Of a stretch of DNA of 49,724 bases, positions 37,545 to 47,777 are shown piece by piece. The notes under the pieces were generated by a model. It did no database searches. It was not told where the DNA came from and saw nothing but the letters and a program-made list of their open reading frames with translations. This DNA comes from Faecousia sp. GTDB taxonomy: Bacteria > Bacillota > Clostridia > Oscillospirales > Oscillospiraceae. Made by a program: the position numbers and the translations under genes. Location: assembly GCA_045601585.1 (NCBI GenBank), contig JAZRZW010000060.1, positions 1-49,724 on the forward strand. The letters are read 5' to 3'. Position 1 is the stretch's first letter. Every line of letters starts with the position of its first letter.

Positions 37545-37767
37545 ATAATTCTGTGAATTCGTAGATGTGGCAAACTGTGCCGTTATTGTAGGTGTAGACG
37601 ATCTGACCGTCCCGCAGTTCCTTGACGAATTTGTCAAAATCAGCGCTGTGCTTGGCGCGGATATATGCGTCGGTGTCGGCAATTTCCGCCTCGTCGAAGG
37701 AACGCTGGGGGTGTGCGGCGCCGGCACAGCCGTTCAAAAAGGTGTAAACGATTTCGTATTCTTTCAT
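37543..37767 (-). CDS. Small hypothetical protein
   Basis: AAGGAGG RBS, ATG 37767, host-like codon usage. Confidence 0.7.
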   Translation of the reverse strand: MKEYEIVYTFLNGCAGAAHPQRSFDEAEIADTDAYIRAKHSADFDKFVKELRDGQIVYTYNNGTVCHIYEFTEL

Positions 37768-37875
37768 GGGGATCCCTCCTTTTGCTATTTTATCAAAATT
37801 CCCGGGAAGTTGCAAGGATTTTCGCAAAACGGTTGCGTTTCCACCGTTGTGATTTTATAATGAAAAAAAGGGGGC

Positions 37876-38763
37876 GTGTTGATGAAAAAGGAAATCTCCG
37901 AAAAGTCCTTAAAGATCATCCGCAGGATGCAGCAGAACGAAAGAACGGAAAGCGTGATCTATGAGAAGATCGCCGCATTTGCCAAGGGCGAAGAAAATAA
38001 AAAGACTCTGCTGCGTTTGGCCCAGGAGGAAAAGGCGCACTGTGAGATTTGGAAAACCTATACCGGCCTGGAGTTAAAGCCCCAGAAGCTCAAAGTGTTC
38101 CGATATACCCTGATCGCCCGCATTTTGGGTTTTACCTTTGCAGTAAAGCTGATGGAGCGGGGAGAGAAGGGTGCCCAGGAGGAGTATGCGCTGCTGGCGA
38201 ATGAGGTGACGGAAAGCGCTGCCATCCGCCAACAGGAGGAAGAACATGAGCATGCGCTGCTTGCAATGCTGGATGAGGAGCGTTTGCATTATGTAGGCAG
38301 TATGGTGTTGGGGTTGAACGATGCTCTGGTGGAGCTTACCGGCTCCCTGGCCGGCTTTGCCTTTGCGCTGCAGAATAATCGAGTCATTGCCCTTTCCGGC
38401 TTGATCGTGGGCATCAGTGCCACTTTCTCCATGGCTTCCAGTGAGTTTCTGGCGGCCCGCAGTGAGGGCCGCAGCGATGCCCTGAAATCCTGCACCTATA
38501 CCGGCGTAGCCTACCTGCTGACGGTGATCGCCCTGATCGCTCCGTATCTTATTTTTCCGGCCGAGCAATACATCCTTGCAATGATCTGTATGCTGGCGGT
38601 GGTGGTGCTGATCATTGCTGGATTTACATATTATACCGGCGTTGCCACAGACCAGCCTTTTGGGTCCAGATTCCTGGAAATGGCGCTGATCAGCGTCACT
38701 GTGGCAGTGGTATCCTTCCTGGTGGGCATTCTGGCTAAGAAATTCTTGGGTGTAGATTTATAA
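37876..38763 (+). CDS. Rubrerythrin-like domain fused to VIT1/CCC1 transporter
   Basis: EExxH motifs in the N-terminus; VLGLNDALVE and SMASSEFL in the membrane domain. Confidence 0.88.
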   Translation: MLMKKEISEKSLKIIRRMQQNERTESVIYEKIAAFAKGEENKKTLLRLAQEEKAHCEIWKTYTGLELKPQKLKVFRYTLIARILGFTFAVKLMERGEKGAQEEYALLANEVTESAAIRQQEEEHEHALLAMLDEERLHYVGSMVLGLNDALVELTGSLAGFAFALQNNRVIALSGLIVGISATFSMASSEFLAARSEGRSDALKSCTYTGVAYLLTVIALIAPYLIFPAEQYILAMICMLAVVVLIIAGFTYYTGVATDQPFGSRFLEMALISVTVAVVSFLVGILAKKFLGVDL

Positions 38764-38850
38764 AAAATGTCGAATTCACTTGAATTCCCAGGAATACTTT
38801 GCTATGATAAAGTCAGCGAATAAAAACAGATAAATTTAGGAGGTTCGTAG

Positions 38851-39693
38851 ATGGAAAACTACAATGTCAAGGTGTGCCCTTACTGCAACACTGAGATCAG
38901 AGAGGGCGATGATGTCAAGGTGTGCGCTTCTTGCGGCGTTGCACATCACTGGAATTGCTGGTTAGCCAATAAGGGTTGTACCACTCCCGGCTGCCCTGAG
39001 CAGTATGTGGATCAGAGACCTGCCCAGGAGCCTGTTTATCAGGAGCCCGTATACCAGCAGCCTGTTTATCAGCAGCCTGTTTACCAGCAGCCTGTCTACC
39101 AGGCACCCCCCGCTGCTGCACCTACATATGCATACCCCGCCGCAGCACCTGCTCCCGAAGCTCCCAAGTCTAATAAGTGCGCTGTGCTTGCAATTATCTT
39201 TGGCGCTATCGGTATGATTCCGTTCCTGAACTTTATTTTCCTGCTGCCGGCTATTATTCTGGCAATTATCGGTATTGCTACCGGTAAGGGCAAGAAGAAG
39301 GGCGCAATGATCGCAAGTATTGTTGTGGTTGTCATTTCTCTGATTATCTCCATTGCTTGGATGAGTGTCGTATTCGGCAGAGAAGACTTCAACGATAAGT
39401 ATTCTCACATCAGCTACGAGAGCTGGTGCTACATCTCCAGCGATGGTGAGACCATGACCATCGACAGCAACCCCTACAACGAAGAGTACTACTACACCGA
39501 AGAGGTCAGCGGCCAGGCTTATACTTATGTCCAGATCATCAACTCTGAGCTGGGCTTTAGCTCCACTGTCTACGATGAGATGATGGAGACCAGCTGGAAT
39601 GACGGCACCCAGTACAGATATGCCGACGGCTACTCCGTCAGCTGGACTTACCACCCCGACCAGGGTCTGGAAGTCACCTACTATATGGACTAA
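38851..39693 (+). CDS. Membrane protein with N-terminal RING-like zinc finger, QQPVY repeats and DUF4190-like TM pair
   Basis: CPYC...CASC..HH..CW....GC...GC; five Q(E/Q)PVY repeats; two or three TM helices. Confidence 0.8.
   Translation: MENYNVKVCPYCNTEIREGDDVKVCASCGVAHHWNCWLANKGCTTPGCPEQYVDQRPAQEPVYQEPVYQQPVYQQPVYQQPVYQAPPAAAPTYAYPAAAPAPEAPKSNKCAVLAIIFGAIGMIPFLNFIFLLPAIILAIIGIATGKGKKKGAMIASIVVVVISLIISIAWMSVVFGREDFNDKYSHISYESWCYISSDGETMTIDSNPYNEEYYYTEEVSGQAYTYVQIINSELGFSSTVYDEMMETSWNDGTQYRYADGYSVSWTYHPDQGLEVTYYMD
39025..39099 (+). repeat. 5 x 15-bp coding tandem repeat
   Basis: CAG(G/C)AGCC(T/C)GTNTA(T/C) five times. Confidence 0.9.
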
Positions 39694-39695
39694 AT

Positions 39696-39729
39696 AAAAA
39701 AGCAGGAAACTTAGGTTTCCTGCTTTTTT
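39696..39729. terminator. Bidirectional terminator (AAAAAGCAGG family)
   Basis: AAAAAAGCAGGAAAC-TTAG-GTTTCCTGCTTTTTT. Confidence 0.8.
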
Positions 39730-39730
39730 A

Positions 39731-40270
39731 TTATTCGTGGATGAGATTGCGAAATGCCTTCTGTGCAGAGTAAAGTTCTTTGTCAGAGTAGGCGCACAGC
39801 TTCACATCAATAGGGTAGTCCGGGTAGTCGGCAATGAACTGCAGATATGCCTGACAGCACTGCTTGGTGGATTCGCCGGCGGGGTCAGGTAGCTCGCCGC
39901 CGAAAATGCCGGCGCTGATCAGGGGAAAAGAGATGCTGTGCAGACCGTTGTCTTTCAGCACCTGCAGCGCATTGTAGTATGCAAGAAACAGTTCCCGGAA
40001 AGCGCTGGGCGTGATGCCAAAGTCCGGTCCTACTGCGTGGATGATAGCTTTGGCATTGGCCATTTTGAAAGCAGGCGTGATGACAGCGGAGCCGTCTTTC
40101 AGCGGCGTCTCAAATTGGGCGCAAGCTTCTTCCAACTCTTCAGGTCCGGCCATTCTGAAGATTGCCTCGCAGATGCCGCCGCCTTCCAACAGCTCATCGT
40201 TGGCGGCGTTTACCACCGCATCTGCGGTCTGATCTGCGCAGGATCCTTGTAACAGAATGATTTTGCTCAT
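39731..40270 (-). CDS. Macro domain protein
   Basis: VVNAAN..L..GGGI..AI, IIHAVGP, FPLISAGIFG. Confidence 0.92.
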   Translation of the reverse strand: MSKIILLQGSCADQTADAVVNAANDELLEGGGICEAIFRMAGPEELEEACAQFETPLKDGSAVITPAFKMANAKAIIHAVGPDFGITPSAFRELFLAYYNALQVLKDNGLHSISFPLISAGIFGGELPDPAGESTKQCCQAYLQFIADYPDYPIDVKLCAYSDKELYSAQKAFRNLIHE

Positions 40271-40369
40271 AGATAACACTCCTTTCTCAATGCCAATATT
40301 CTATCACATAATCCGTCCAAAAAACGCCACAAATAACCCCCGGAGGCGGATTCCCCGGGTGCAGTAACG

Positions 40370-40408
40370 AAAAAGCAGGACACCACGAATGTGGTATCCT
40401 GCTTTTTT
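40370..40408 (-). terminator. Terminator after tRNA-Pro (AAAAAGCAGG family)
   Basis: AAAAAGCAGGACACCAC-GAAT-GTGGTATCCTGCTTTTT. Confidence 0.8.
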
Positions 40409-40484
40409 GGTCCGGGCGACAGGATTCGAACCTGCGGCAGCTAGCTCCCAAAGCTAGCGCTCTACCAAACTGAGCTACGCCCGG
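40408..40484 (-). tRNA. tRNA-Pro (TGG)
   Basis: Minus strand: acceptor CCGGGCG/CGCCCGG, A73-CCA, anticodon arm CTAGC-TT-TGG-GA-GCTAG, T loop TTCGAAT; 77 nt. Confidence 0.95.
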
Positions 40485-40575
40485 ATACGCTGAACATTAT
40501 ACACGACTATTGGGGAGAATGCAATCCTTATTTCGCAAATGAAACATCCGGAAAGCCTTGCTTTCCGGATGTTTG

Positions 40576-42189
40576 TTATATTTCGATAAAAGTGGTGTTT
40601 TTACGATCCAGGGTCTCTGGCCGATGGGTTACCAGAATAACCTTTTTGCCGGCGCTGCGCAGGTTGGCAAGCACAGCTTTTTCTGTAGCTGCATCCAGTG
40701 CCGAGGTGCATTCATCCAGCAGGAAAATGGGGCGTTCCATCAGCACGGCACGGGCAATGGCCAGCCGCTGCATCTGACCCATGGAGAGACCTGCATTGTT
40801 CTCAAACACCTGAGTGTTTTCCCCGTCGGTCAATTCCCAAACGAAACCCGCCTCTGCTGTTGTCAGGGCATTGCTGCGCATTTTTTCGTTTGCGTTAGGC
40901 GCCACAAGCTGCAGGTTCTCCAGAATCGTTCCGGAGAACAGCGCATAATCCTGGGGGACATAGGCAAACAGTTGCCGGGAGGTTACATCGCAGGGGAGGT
41001 TGGCTTTGTTGGTCTTTAGGTACACCCGTCCTTTTTCGGGGGAATATAGACCCAGAATCAGCTTAAACAATGTGCTTTTGCCGATGCCGGAGCTGCCGGT
41101 GAGGCAGACCCATTGGTCAAGGGGCAATTCCGCACTGTAATTCATCAAAACCGGCTGCACATCACCGGGGTAAGTAAAGGTAACATCCTCAAAAACAATG
41201 CTTTGAATTTCTCCGTCCGGAGTCTGGGGAAGCTCCGCTTCGTAAGGAGTATCCATCAGTTCCCGAAGCCGCGCATTGGCAACATCCACCGCACCTAACT
41301 GGGACCACAGAGAGGAGAGGTTCATCAGCGGTGCCCGGAACAGTGCCAACAGCTGCACCATAGCGGTCAGCGTGCCGTAGGAAATACCGCCCTTTGCCAC
41401 CTGCACCGCGCCCCAGATCAGCAGTGCGCCGGTTCCCACCAGGGAGAGGGATGCCATTACAGTGTTCACACCTACCAGCCAGATCCGGCGGCGGTGTTTT
41501 GTTTTTAAGCTGTGGTGGAGCTTGCTGTCGAAACTACCCAAAACGGAGTGGGCAACCTGCAAGCTCTGGATCAGCTCCAACTGACGCAGATCCTCCTGCA
41601 TTTGTGCAGAGACAGCCTCCTCAGCCTGGCGAACATCCCGATGCAGACGCCGTGCAACGCTGCGCAGGATAGCGGTCAGCACCGCAACAGCTGCGCCGAC
41701 GATCAATAAGATAGGTGCAATGGCAGGGCAGAGGATCAACACAGCCACCAATGCACCTACAAGCCGCACGACCTGGCCAAACAGAGAGGGAACTACCCGC
41801 ACCAATCCGTCACAAACGGTGCGCACATCTTCCATACCCCGGCTCAGCAAAGCGCCGCTATGGTATTCTTTCAGTCGTTCAGGGGATGTATTCGTGGCGA
41901 TCCGCAAAAAGCGGTGCTGCATAGAAGCGATACACCGATCGGCCACGCTGCGGCTAAGCCAGCCGGACAGGGTGTGCTGCAGCACCAGCAGTACCACTAC
42001 GCAGCTCAGCACGATGCACCAACTAAGGAGCGAATCCCGATGGCCGATGGCTGCATCGATGACATAGCGGCTGGCGATGGCCAGGGTCACCTGCAGCCCG
42101 GACTGCAAAACAGCCAGGGCTGTCAGCAGTCCCGTCATACCGGGGGAGAGGGGGAGATTCCTTTTGCCCCCGGGGGAATTTTGTTTCAT
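40576..42189 (-). CDS. ABC exporter, fused permease/ATPase
   Basis: N-terminal TM domain, GSSGIGKST, LSMGQMQRL, LLDECTSALD. Confidence 0.9.
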   Translation of the reverse strand: MKQNSPGGKRNLPLSPGMTGLLTALAVLQSGLQVTLAIASRYVIDAAIGHRDSLLSWCIVLSCVVVLLVLQHTLSGWLSRSVADRCIASMQHRFLRIATNTSPERLKEYHSGALLSRGMEDVRTVCDGLVRVVPSLFGQVVRLVGALVAVLILCPAIAPILLIVGAAVAVLTAILRSVARRLHRDVRQAEEAVSAQMQEDLRQLELIQSLQVAHSVLGSFDSKLHHSLKTKHRRRIWLVGVNTVMASLSLVGTGALLIWGAVQVAKGGISYGTLTAMVQLLALFRAPLMNLSSLWSQLGAVDVANARLRELMDTPYEAELPQTPDGEIQSIVFEDVTFTYPGDVQPVLMNYSAELPLDQWVCLTGSSGIGKSTLFKLILGLYSPEKGRVYLKTNKANLPCDVTSRQLFAYVPQDYALFSGTILENLQLVAPNANEKMRSNALTTAEAGFVWELTDGENTQVFENNAGLSMGQMQRLAIARAVLMERPIFLLDECTSALDAATEKAVLANLRSAGKKVILVTHRPETLDRKNTTFIEI

Positions 42190-42419
42190 AAAAATGCCTC
42201 CGAAAAGAGATACTTCTATTGTACTAAATGCCTATAAAAAAGTAAAGCGCGGACAGAAAAAAACCGGAAAACCGACGGAATTGAATAGATATGTGTATAA
42301 TGGTGTATATATACAGAAACGGATATGTATACAATGCATAAATATTTCGGTAGAAACACATTTGTTTTTGACGGATGGAAAAAATATCATAAACAGGCCG
42401 ACTTTTTTCGTGTTTTTCA

Positions 42420-42448
42420 TTGACTTGCCATACCGAAAGTGCTATATT
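42420..42448 (+). promoter_or_regulatory. SigA promoter
   Basis: TTGACT-17 bp-TATATT with TG extension. Confidence 0.6.
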
Positions 42449-42491
42449 AGAACAATCATAAACCCCGCGTTCGGGAAAGGAGAAATGTGTT

Positions 42492-43451
42492 ATGAAAAAG
42501 TTAGTTGCACTGCTGCTAGCAGTGATTATGGTCCTTGGTCTTTTCTGTGCTTGCGATGGCGGCAAGAACCCCAAGGCAAAGTATAAGATCGGCATTTGCC
42601 AGCTCATCAAGCACGATGCGCTGGATGCAGCCACCCAGGGCTTTATGGATGCCATCAACGAAGAGTTCGGTGAAGGCGTTGTGGAATTCGATCTGCAGAA
42701 TGCTGCCGGCGACTCCAACACCTGCGCTACTATCGTCAACGATTTCGTCTCCAACGATGTGGACCTGATCATGGCAAATGCAACTCCTGCTCTGCAGGCA
42801 GCAGCAAACGCCACTCCCGATATCCCTATCCTGGGCACCTCCGTTACTGAGTACGGCGTTGCACTGGGCATTGAAAATTTCAACGGACTGGTCGGCACCA
42901 ATGTTTCCGGCACCTCTGACCTGGCGCCCCTGGATAAGCAGGCTGCGATGGTCAAGGAGTGGTTCCCCGATGCACAGAAGGTTGGTCTGCTGTACTGCGC
43001 AGCTGAGGCAAACTCCAAGTATCAGGTAGACCAGGTCTCCAAGATGCTGACCGAAATGGGCTACACCTGCAAGATGTATTCTTTTGCCGACACCAATGAT
43101 CTGGCAGCGGTTACCGAGCAGTGCTCTGCTGAGTCCGATGTGATCTACATTCCCACTGACAACGCAGTTGCAAATGCAGCCAGCGTTGTGGGCAGTGTAT
43201 GCAGCAAGCCTGTTATCGCAGGTGAAGCCGGTATCTGCAAGGGCTGCGGTGTTGCTACTCTGGCAATCAACTACTACGACCTGGGTGTTGCCACCGGCAA
43301 GATGGCTGTCAAGATCCTCAAGGGCGAAGCAAACATCTCTGAAATGCCCATCGAATATGTGGATGAGTCCACTTTGAAGTATCAGTACAACAAGGCGAAC
43401 TGCGATAAGTTCGGCCTGAAGGCTCCCGAAGGCTACGAGGAGCTGAAGTAA
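42492..43451 (+). CDS. ABC transporter substrate-binding lipoprotein (ABC_sub_bind/TrpX-like)
   Basis: HDALD, NAAGD, ATPA, NVSGTSD, PTDN. Confidence 0.88.
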   Translation: MKKLVALLLAVIMVLGLFCACDGGKNPKAKYKIGICQLIKHDALDAATQGFMDAINEEFGEGVVEFDLQNAAGDSNTCATIVNDFVSNDVDLIMANATPALQAAANATPDIPILGTSVTEYGVALGIENFNGLVGTNVSGTSDLAPLDKQAAMVKEWFPDAQKVGLLYCAAEANSKYQVDQVSKMLTEMGYTCKMYSFADTNDLAAVTEQCSAESDVIYIPTDNAVANAASVVGSVCSKPVIAGEAGICKGCGVATLAINYYDLGVATGKMAVKILKGEANISEMPIEYVDESTLKYQYNKANCDKFGLKAPEGYEELK

Positions 43452-43516
43452 TTAAGCATCAAGGGCGGGATCCCTGATATCCCGCCCTTTTACCCATAAA
43501 TCGAGGAGTTTTTATT

Positions 43517-44458
43517 ATGTCGAGTTTCTTCAATGCATTGCCCGGTGCGGTAGGCCAGGGCTTGGTTTGGGGTGTTATGGCCATCGGCCTGTACATCACC
43601 TACAAAATCCTGGAACTGTCTGACCTGACTGTTGACGGTTCTTTCTGTACCGGCGGTGCAGTTTGCGTTATGATGATGATTGGCGGCGCCAATGTTTGGG
43701 TGGCTATGCTGATGGCTGCCCTGGCCGGCGTGGCTGCCGGTGCAGTCACGGGATTTTTTCATACCAAGTGTAAGATCCCGGCCATCCTTTCCGGCATTTT
43801 GACCCAACTGGGTCTGTGGTCCGTGAATCTGGCCATTATGGATATGAGTGCAACCCAGCGCCTGGATGTGAACAAGATGGATGTGCTGGTATCTCTGCGT
43901 TTTATCAAGGATGTGGAAAAGGGTAGAAAGCCTTTCTTTATGCATCCTATTTTTACCGTGGGTCTGCTGATTATCGGCCTGATCATCGTCCTTTACTGGT
44001 TCTTCGGCACCGAAAAGGGTGCCTCTATCCGTGCCACCGGTGCCAATGCCAATATGGCAAGAGCCCAGGGTATCAACACCGACTCCAACAAAATGCTGGG
44101 TCTGATGATCTCCAATGGTCTGGTGGCATTGTCCGGTGCATTGCTGAGCCAGTATAACGGCTTTGCAGAGATCAATATGGGTCGTGGCGCCATCGTGATC
44201 GGCCTGGCAGCCATCATCATCGGCGATGTGCTGTTCTCTAAGATCTTCCGCAACTTTGGTTTGAAGTTGGCGGCGGTGTGTATCGGTTCTGTGATCTACT
44301 ATATCGTTGTCCAGTTCGTTATCAGTGTGATGGACATTGACACCAACTATCTTAAGCTGTTCTCCGCATTGATCGTTGCAGCGTTCCTGGCTGCTCCCAG
44401 CCTGACCGGCAAGCTGAACTTTAAGAAGGGAAAGGAGAAAAATCATGCTCAAAATTGA
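43517..44458 (+). CDS. ABC transporter permease
   Basis: DLTVDGSF, RATG.N..MA, G.GAIVIGLA. Confidence 0.9.
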   Translation: MSSFFNALPGAVGQGLVWGVMAIGLYITYKILELSDLTVDGSFCTGGAVCVMMMIGGANVWVAMLMAALAGVAAGAVTGFFHTKCKIPAILSGILTQLGLWSVNLAIMDMSATQRLDVNKMDVLVSLRFIKDVEKGRKPFFMHPIFTVGLLIIGLIIVLYWFFGTEKGASIRATGANANMARAQGINTDSNKMLGLMISNGLVALSGALLSQYNGFAEINMGRGAIVIGLAAIIIGDVLFSKIFRNFGLKLAAVCIGSVIYYIVVQFVISVMDIDTNYLKLFSALIVAAFLAAPSLTGKLNFKKGKEKNHAQN

Positions 44459-45239
44459 GAACATTGTGAAAGTCTTCAATCCCGGCACCATCAATGAAAA
44501 GGTTGCTCTGAACGGCTTGGATCTGCATCTGGAACCCGGCGATTTTGTTACTGTTATCGGCGGCAACGGCGCAGGCAAGAGTACGATGCTCAACTGTGTT
44601 TCCGGTGCCTATACCGTAGATGCCGGCCATATTTTTATTGACGGTGTGGATGTCACCAAGCTTCCTGAACACAAGCGGGCAAAGTATATCGGCCGTGTTT
44701 TCCAGGATCCTATGATGGGCACGGCAGCCACAATGCAGATCGAAGAGAATCTGGCATTGGCTGCCCGCCGTGGTAAGCGCCGCTTCCTGCGTCCCGGCAT
44801 CACCAAGAAGGAGCGGGAACGGTATCGCGAGCAGCTCAAGATCCTGGATTTGGGTCTTGAAAACCGCATGACTGCCAAGGTTGGCCTGCTGTCCGGCGGT
44901 CAGCGCCAGGCATTGACGCTTTTGATGGCCACCCTGCAGAAACCCAAGCTTCTGCTTTTGGATGAGCACACCGCAGCGCTGGACCCCAAAACTGCTGCAA
45001 AAGTCCTGGAAGCCACTCAGAAGATCGTGGAAAAGGATAACCTGACCACCCTGATGATCACCCATAATATGCGTGATGCCATCGCTTATGGCAACCGTCT
45101 GATTATGATGTATGACGGCCGTATCGTGGTGGATGTCAGCGGACCTCAGAAAAAACAGCTCACCGTTGAGCAGCTTCTGGCGCTCTTCAGCAAGGCTAGC
45201 GGCTCCGACGAAGCGGATGACAAGCTCCTGCTGTCATAA
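44445..45239 (+). CDS. ABC transporter ATP-binding protein
   Basis: GGNGAGKST, LSGGQRQ, LLDEHTAALDP. Confidence 0.93.
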   Translation: MLKIENIVKVFNPGTINEKVALNGLDLHLEPGDFVTVIGGNGAGKSTMLNCVSGAYTVDAGHIFIDGVDVTKLPEHKRAKYIGRVFQDPMMGTAATMQIEENLALAARRGKRRFLRPGITKKERERYREQLKILDLGLENRMTAKVGLLSGGQRQALTLLMATLQKPKLLLLDEHTAALDPKTAAKVLEATQKIVEKDNLTTLMITHNMRDAIAYGNRLIMMYDGRIVVDVSGPQKKQLTVEQLLALFSKASGSDEADDKLLLS

Positions 45240-45278
45240 ATAAAAATATCCCCTGTGCTTTCGGCACAGGGGGTTTTC

Positions 45279-46277
45279 TTATACCTTTACGATACCTTCC
45301 AGGGTTGCCAGCATCACAGCCTTGATGGTGTGCATCCGGTTTTCTGCTTCCCGGAACACGATAGACTGTTCACTTTCAAAGACCTCATCGGTAACTTCCA
45401 TCGCATCGATATGGAATTTCTCACCTATTTCCTTGCCGATCTTGGTGTTCAGATCGTGGAATGCGGGGAGACAATGCATAAACACGGTGGAGTCTTTGCC
45501 GGTGTTCTTCATACAAGCGGCATTGACCTGATAGGGAGAAAGCTCCGCAATCCGCTCCTGCCAGACAGAGTCCGGCTCGCCCATGGAGACCCAGACATCG
45601 GTGCAGATCACATCGGCGCCTTTAACAGCTTTGACGGGATCAGTCTCAAAGGTCAGGGTAGCGCCGGTCTCAGCGGCGATGGCCTGACACTGGGCGATCA
45701 GCTCGGGGGAGGGGAAATACTTTTCAGGACAGCAGGCGGTAAAGTGCAGACCCAGCTTGGCGCATCCCACCATCAGAGAGTTGCCCATATTGTACCGGGC
45801 GTCGCCCATATACACGAAGCGGATGCCATTGAGATAGCCGAACTGCTCCCGGATGGTCATCATATCCGCCAGGATCTGGGTGGGGTGGAATTCGTTGGTC
45901 AGGCCGTTCCACACGGGAACCTTGGAGAACTTGGCCAGATCTTCCACGATCTCCTGACCGTAACCGCGATATTCAATACCGTCATAAATGGATGCCAGAA
46001 CTCTTGCAGTGTCGGCAATGCTCTCTTTTTTGCCGATCTGAGAGCCGGTGGGATCCAGATAAGTAACGCCCATACCCAGATCGTAGGCGGCAACCTCAAA
46101 GCTGCAGCGGGTCCGGGTGCTGGTTTTTTCAAAGATCAGGGCGATGTTCTTACCCTGACAGAGTTTGTGGGGAACACCGGCCTTCTTCTGTGCCTTGAGC
46201 TGATCAGCCAGATCGATCAGCTGCAAGATCTCATCGGGGGTGTAGTCCAGAAGTTTTAAGAAATCCTTGCCTTTCAT
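45279..46277 (-). CDS. argF: Ornithine carbamoyltransferase
   Basis: STRTR, HPTQ, SMG, HCLP. Confidence 0.96.
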   Translation of the reverse strand: MKGKDFLKLLDYTPDEILQLIDLADQLKAQKKAGVPHKLCQGKNIALIFEKTSTRTRCSFEVAAYDLGMGVTYLDPTGSQIGKKESIADTARVLASIYDGIEYRGYGQEIVEDLAKFSKVPVWNGLTNEFHPTQILADMMTIREQFGYLNGIRFVYMGDARYNMGNSLMVGCAKLGLHFTACCPEKYFPSPELIAQCQAIAAETGATLTFETDPVKAVKGADVICTDVWVSMGEPDSVWQERIAELSPYQVNAACMKNTGKDSTVFMHCLPAFHDLNTKIGKEIGEKFHIDAMEVTDEVFESEQSIVFREAENRMHTIKAVMLATLEGIVKV

Positions 46278-46286
46278 ATCGCTACC

Positions 46287-47024
46287 TCACAGAACTTTGG
46301 AAAGGAACGTCTGCAGACGCTCGCTCTTGGGATTCTGGAAGATCTCCTCGGGGGAGCCCTCCTCCAGGATGATGCCCTCATCCATAAACATAACCCGGTT
46401 GGAAACTTCCCGGGCAAAGCCCATTTCATGGGTAACAACCACCATGGTCATACCGGTCTGTACCAGACCCTTCATAACATCCAGCACTTCGCCGACCATC
46501 TCGGGGTCCAGAGCAGAGGTGGGCTCATCAAAAAGCATCACATCCGGTTCCATACACAGCGCCCGCACAATGGCAACACGCTGCTTCTGACCGCCAGAGA
46601 GCTGATTGGGGTAGTCCTTTGCCCGATCGGCAAGACCGACGCGAGCTAACAGTTCCATCGCCTTTTCTTCGGCTTCTTCCTTAGTAAACTTCTTCAAAAG
46701 TACCGGAGCCAGGGTCAGATTGTCTAAAATGGTCAGGTGGGGGAACAGGTTAAACTGCTGGAACACCATGCCCATCTTTTGACGATGGAGATTCAGATCC
46801 ACTTTTTCCTGGGTCAGATCCACACCCTCAAAGAAGATATGGCCGCCGGAGGGGAGCTCCAGCAGATTCAGGCAGCGCAGGAAGGTAGATTTGCCGGAGC
46901 CGGAGGCGCCGATGACGCAAACCACATCGCCTTTATAAATGTTGGCATCAATGCCTTTCAAAACAGCTTTGTTGTCAAAGTTCTTCTGCAGACCTTCAAC
47001 ACGAATCACAGCATTATTTTCCAT
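46287..47024 (-). CDS. Polar amino acid ABC transporter ATP-binding protein
   Basis: [28 protein letters not shown]. Confidence 0.95.
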   Translation of the reverse strand: MENNAVIRVEGLQKNFDNKAVLKGIDANIYKGDVVCVIGASGSGKSTFLRCLNLLELPSGGHIFFEGVDLTQEKVDLNLHRQKMGMVFQQFNLFPHLTILDNLTLAPVLLKKFTKEEAEEKAMELLARVGLADRAKDYPNQLSGGQKQRVAIVRALCMEPDVMLFDEPTSALDPEMVGEVLDVMKGLVQTGMTMVVVTHEMGFAREVSNRVMFMDEGIILEEGSPEEIFQNPKSERLQTFLSKVL

Positions 47025-47700
47025 CGCTCTTACTCAGCCTCCTTTCCAGAGTTGCCAGAAGCCGGGTCATAATCACCACCATCACAAGGTACACAAGTGC
47101 CAGCAGGATGATGGGGTTCACGGCATCATAGGTTTTGTTGCGGATGTTGGTAGCAGCTCTTGTAACATCTACAACTGCTACATAACCGGCAACAGAGGTC
47201 TCCTTCAAAAGGGCGATACACTCATTGCCAATGGCAGGCAGGATGTTTTTGACAGCCTGGGGGAAGACAATCTTCACCATTGCTTGACCCTTGGAAAGAC
47301 CCAGGCTTCGTGCAGCTTCCATCTGTCCCTTATCCACAGCATTGATACCGCTGCGGATCAGCTCGGCCATATATGCGCCGGAGTTGATACCGAATGCCAC
47401 GATGGCAACGGGAACACCGTCTCTTGCAGAGACAAAAATGATGTAGAAGAACACCAGCAAAAGCACGGTGACGGGGATGCCGCGGATCACGGTGGTGTAG
47501 GCATCGCAGAGCCAGTTGATAAAGCGGAGCTTTTTGTTGCCCTCACAAAAATATTTGGTAACAGCAATCAGGGCACCGATGATCACACCGATGATCAGCG
47601 CACCCAGAGTGATAAGCAGAGTGTTGCCGAGACCTTCCACCAGCCACATATACCGGTCGTCTTCCAGGAAGGTGCTCTTTAATTGATCAAACCAATTCAT
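47014..47700 (-). CDS. Polar amino acid ABC transporter permease
   Basis: [19 protein letters not shown]. Confidence 0.93.
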   Translation of the reverse strand: MNWFDQLKSTFLEDDRYMWLVEGLGNTLLITLGALIIGVIIGALIAVTKYFCEGNKKLRFINWLCDAYTTVIRGIPVTVLLLVFFYIIFVSARDGVPVAIVAFGINSGAYMAELIRSGINAVDKGQMEAARSLGLSKGQAMVKIVFPQAVKNILPAIGNECIALLKETSVAGYVAVVDVTRAATNIRNKTYDAVNPIILLALVYLVMVVIMTRLLATLERRLSKSDGK

Positions 47701-47777
47701 TTGCGTCAGTTCCTTTTTATAAGATAAAACCCAAGCAGGCTCCGTGCATTCACACGGAGCCGCGGGAAGTTAGTAAC

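Noticed and set aside
39025-39099. CRISPR-like array
   Set aside because: Contiguous 15-bp in-frame coding repeats with no spacers; no cas genes in the window
40270-40484. Island integrated at tRNA-Pro
   Set aside because: No duplicate of the tRNA 3' end noticed and no integrase nearby
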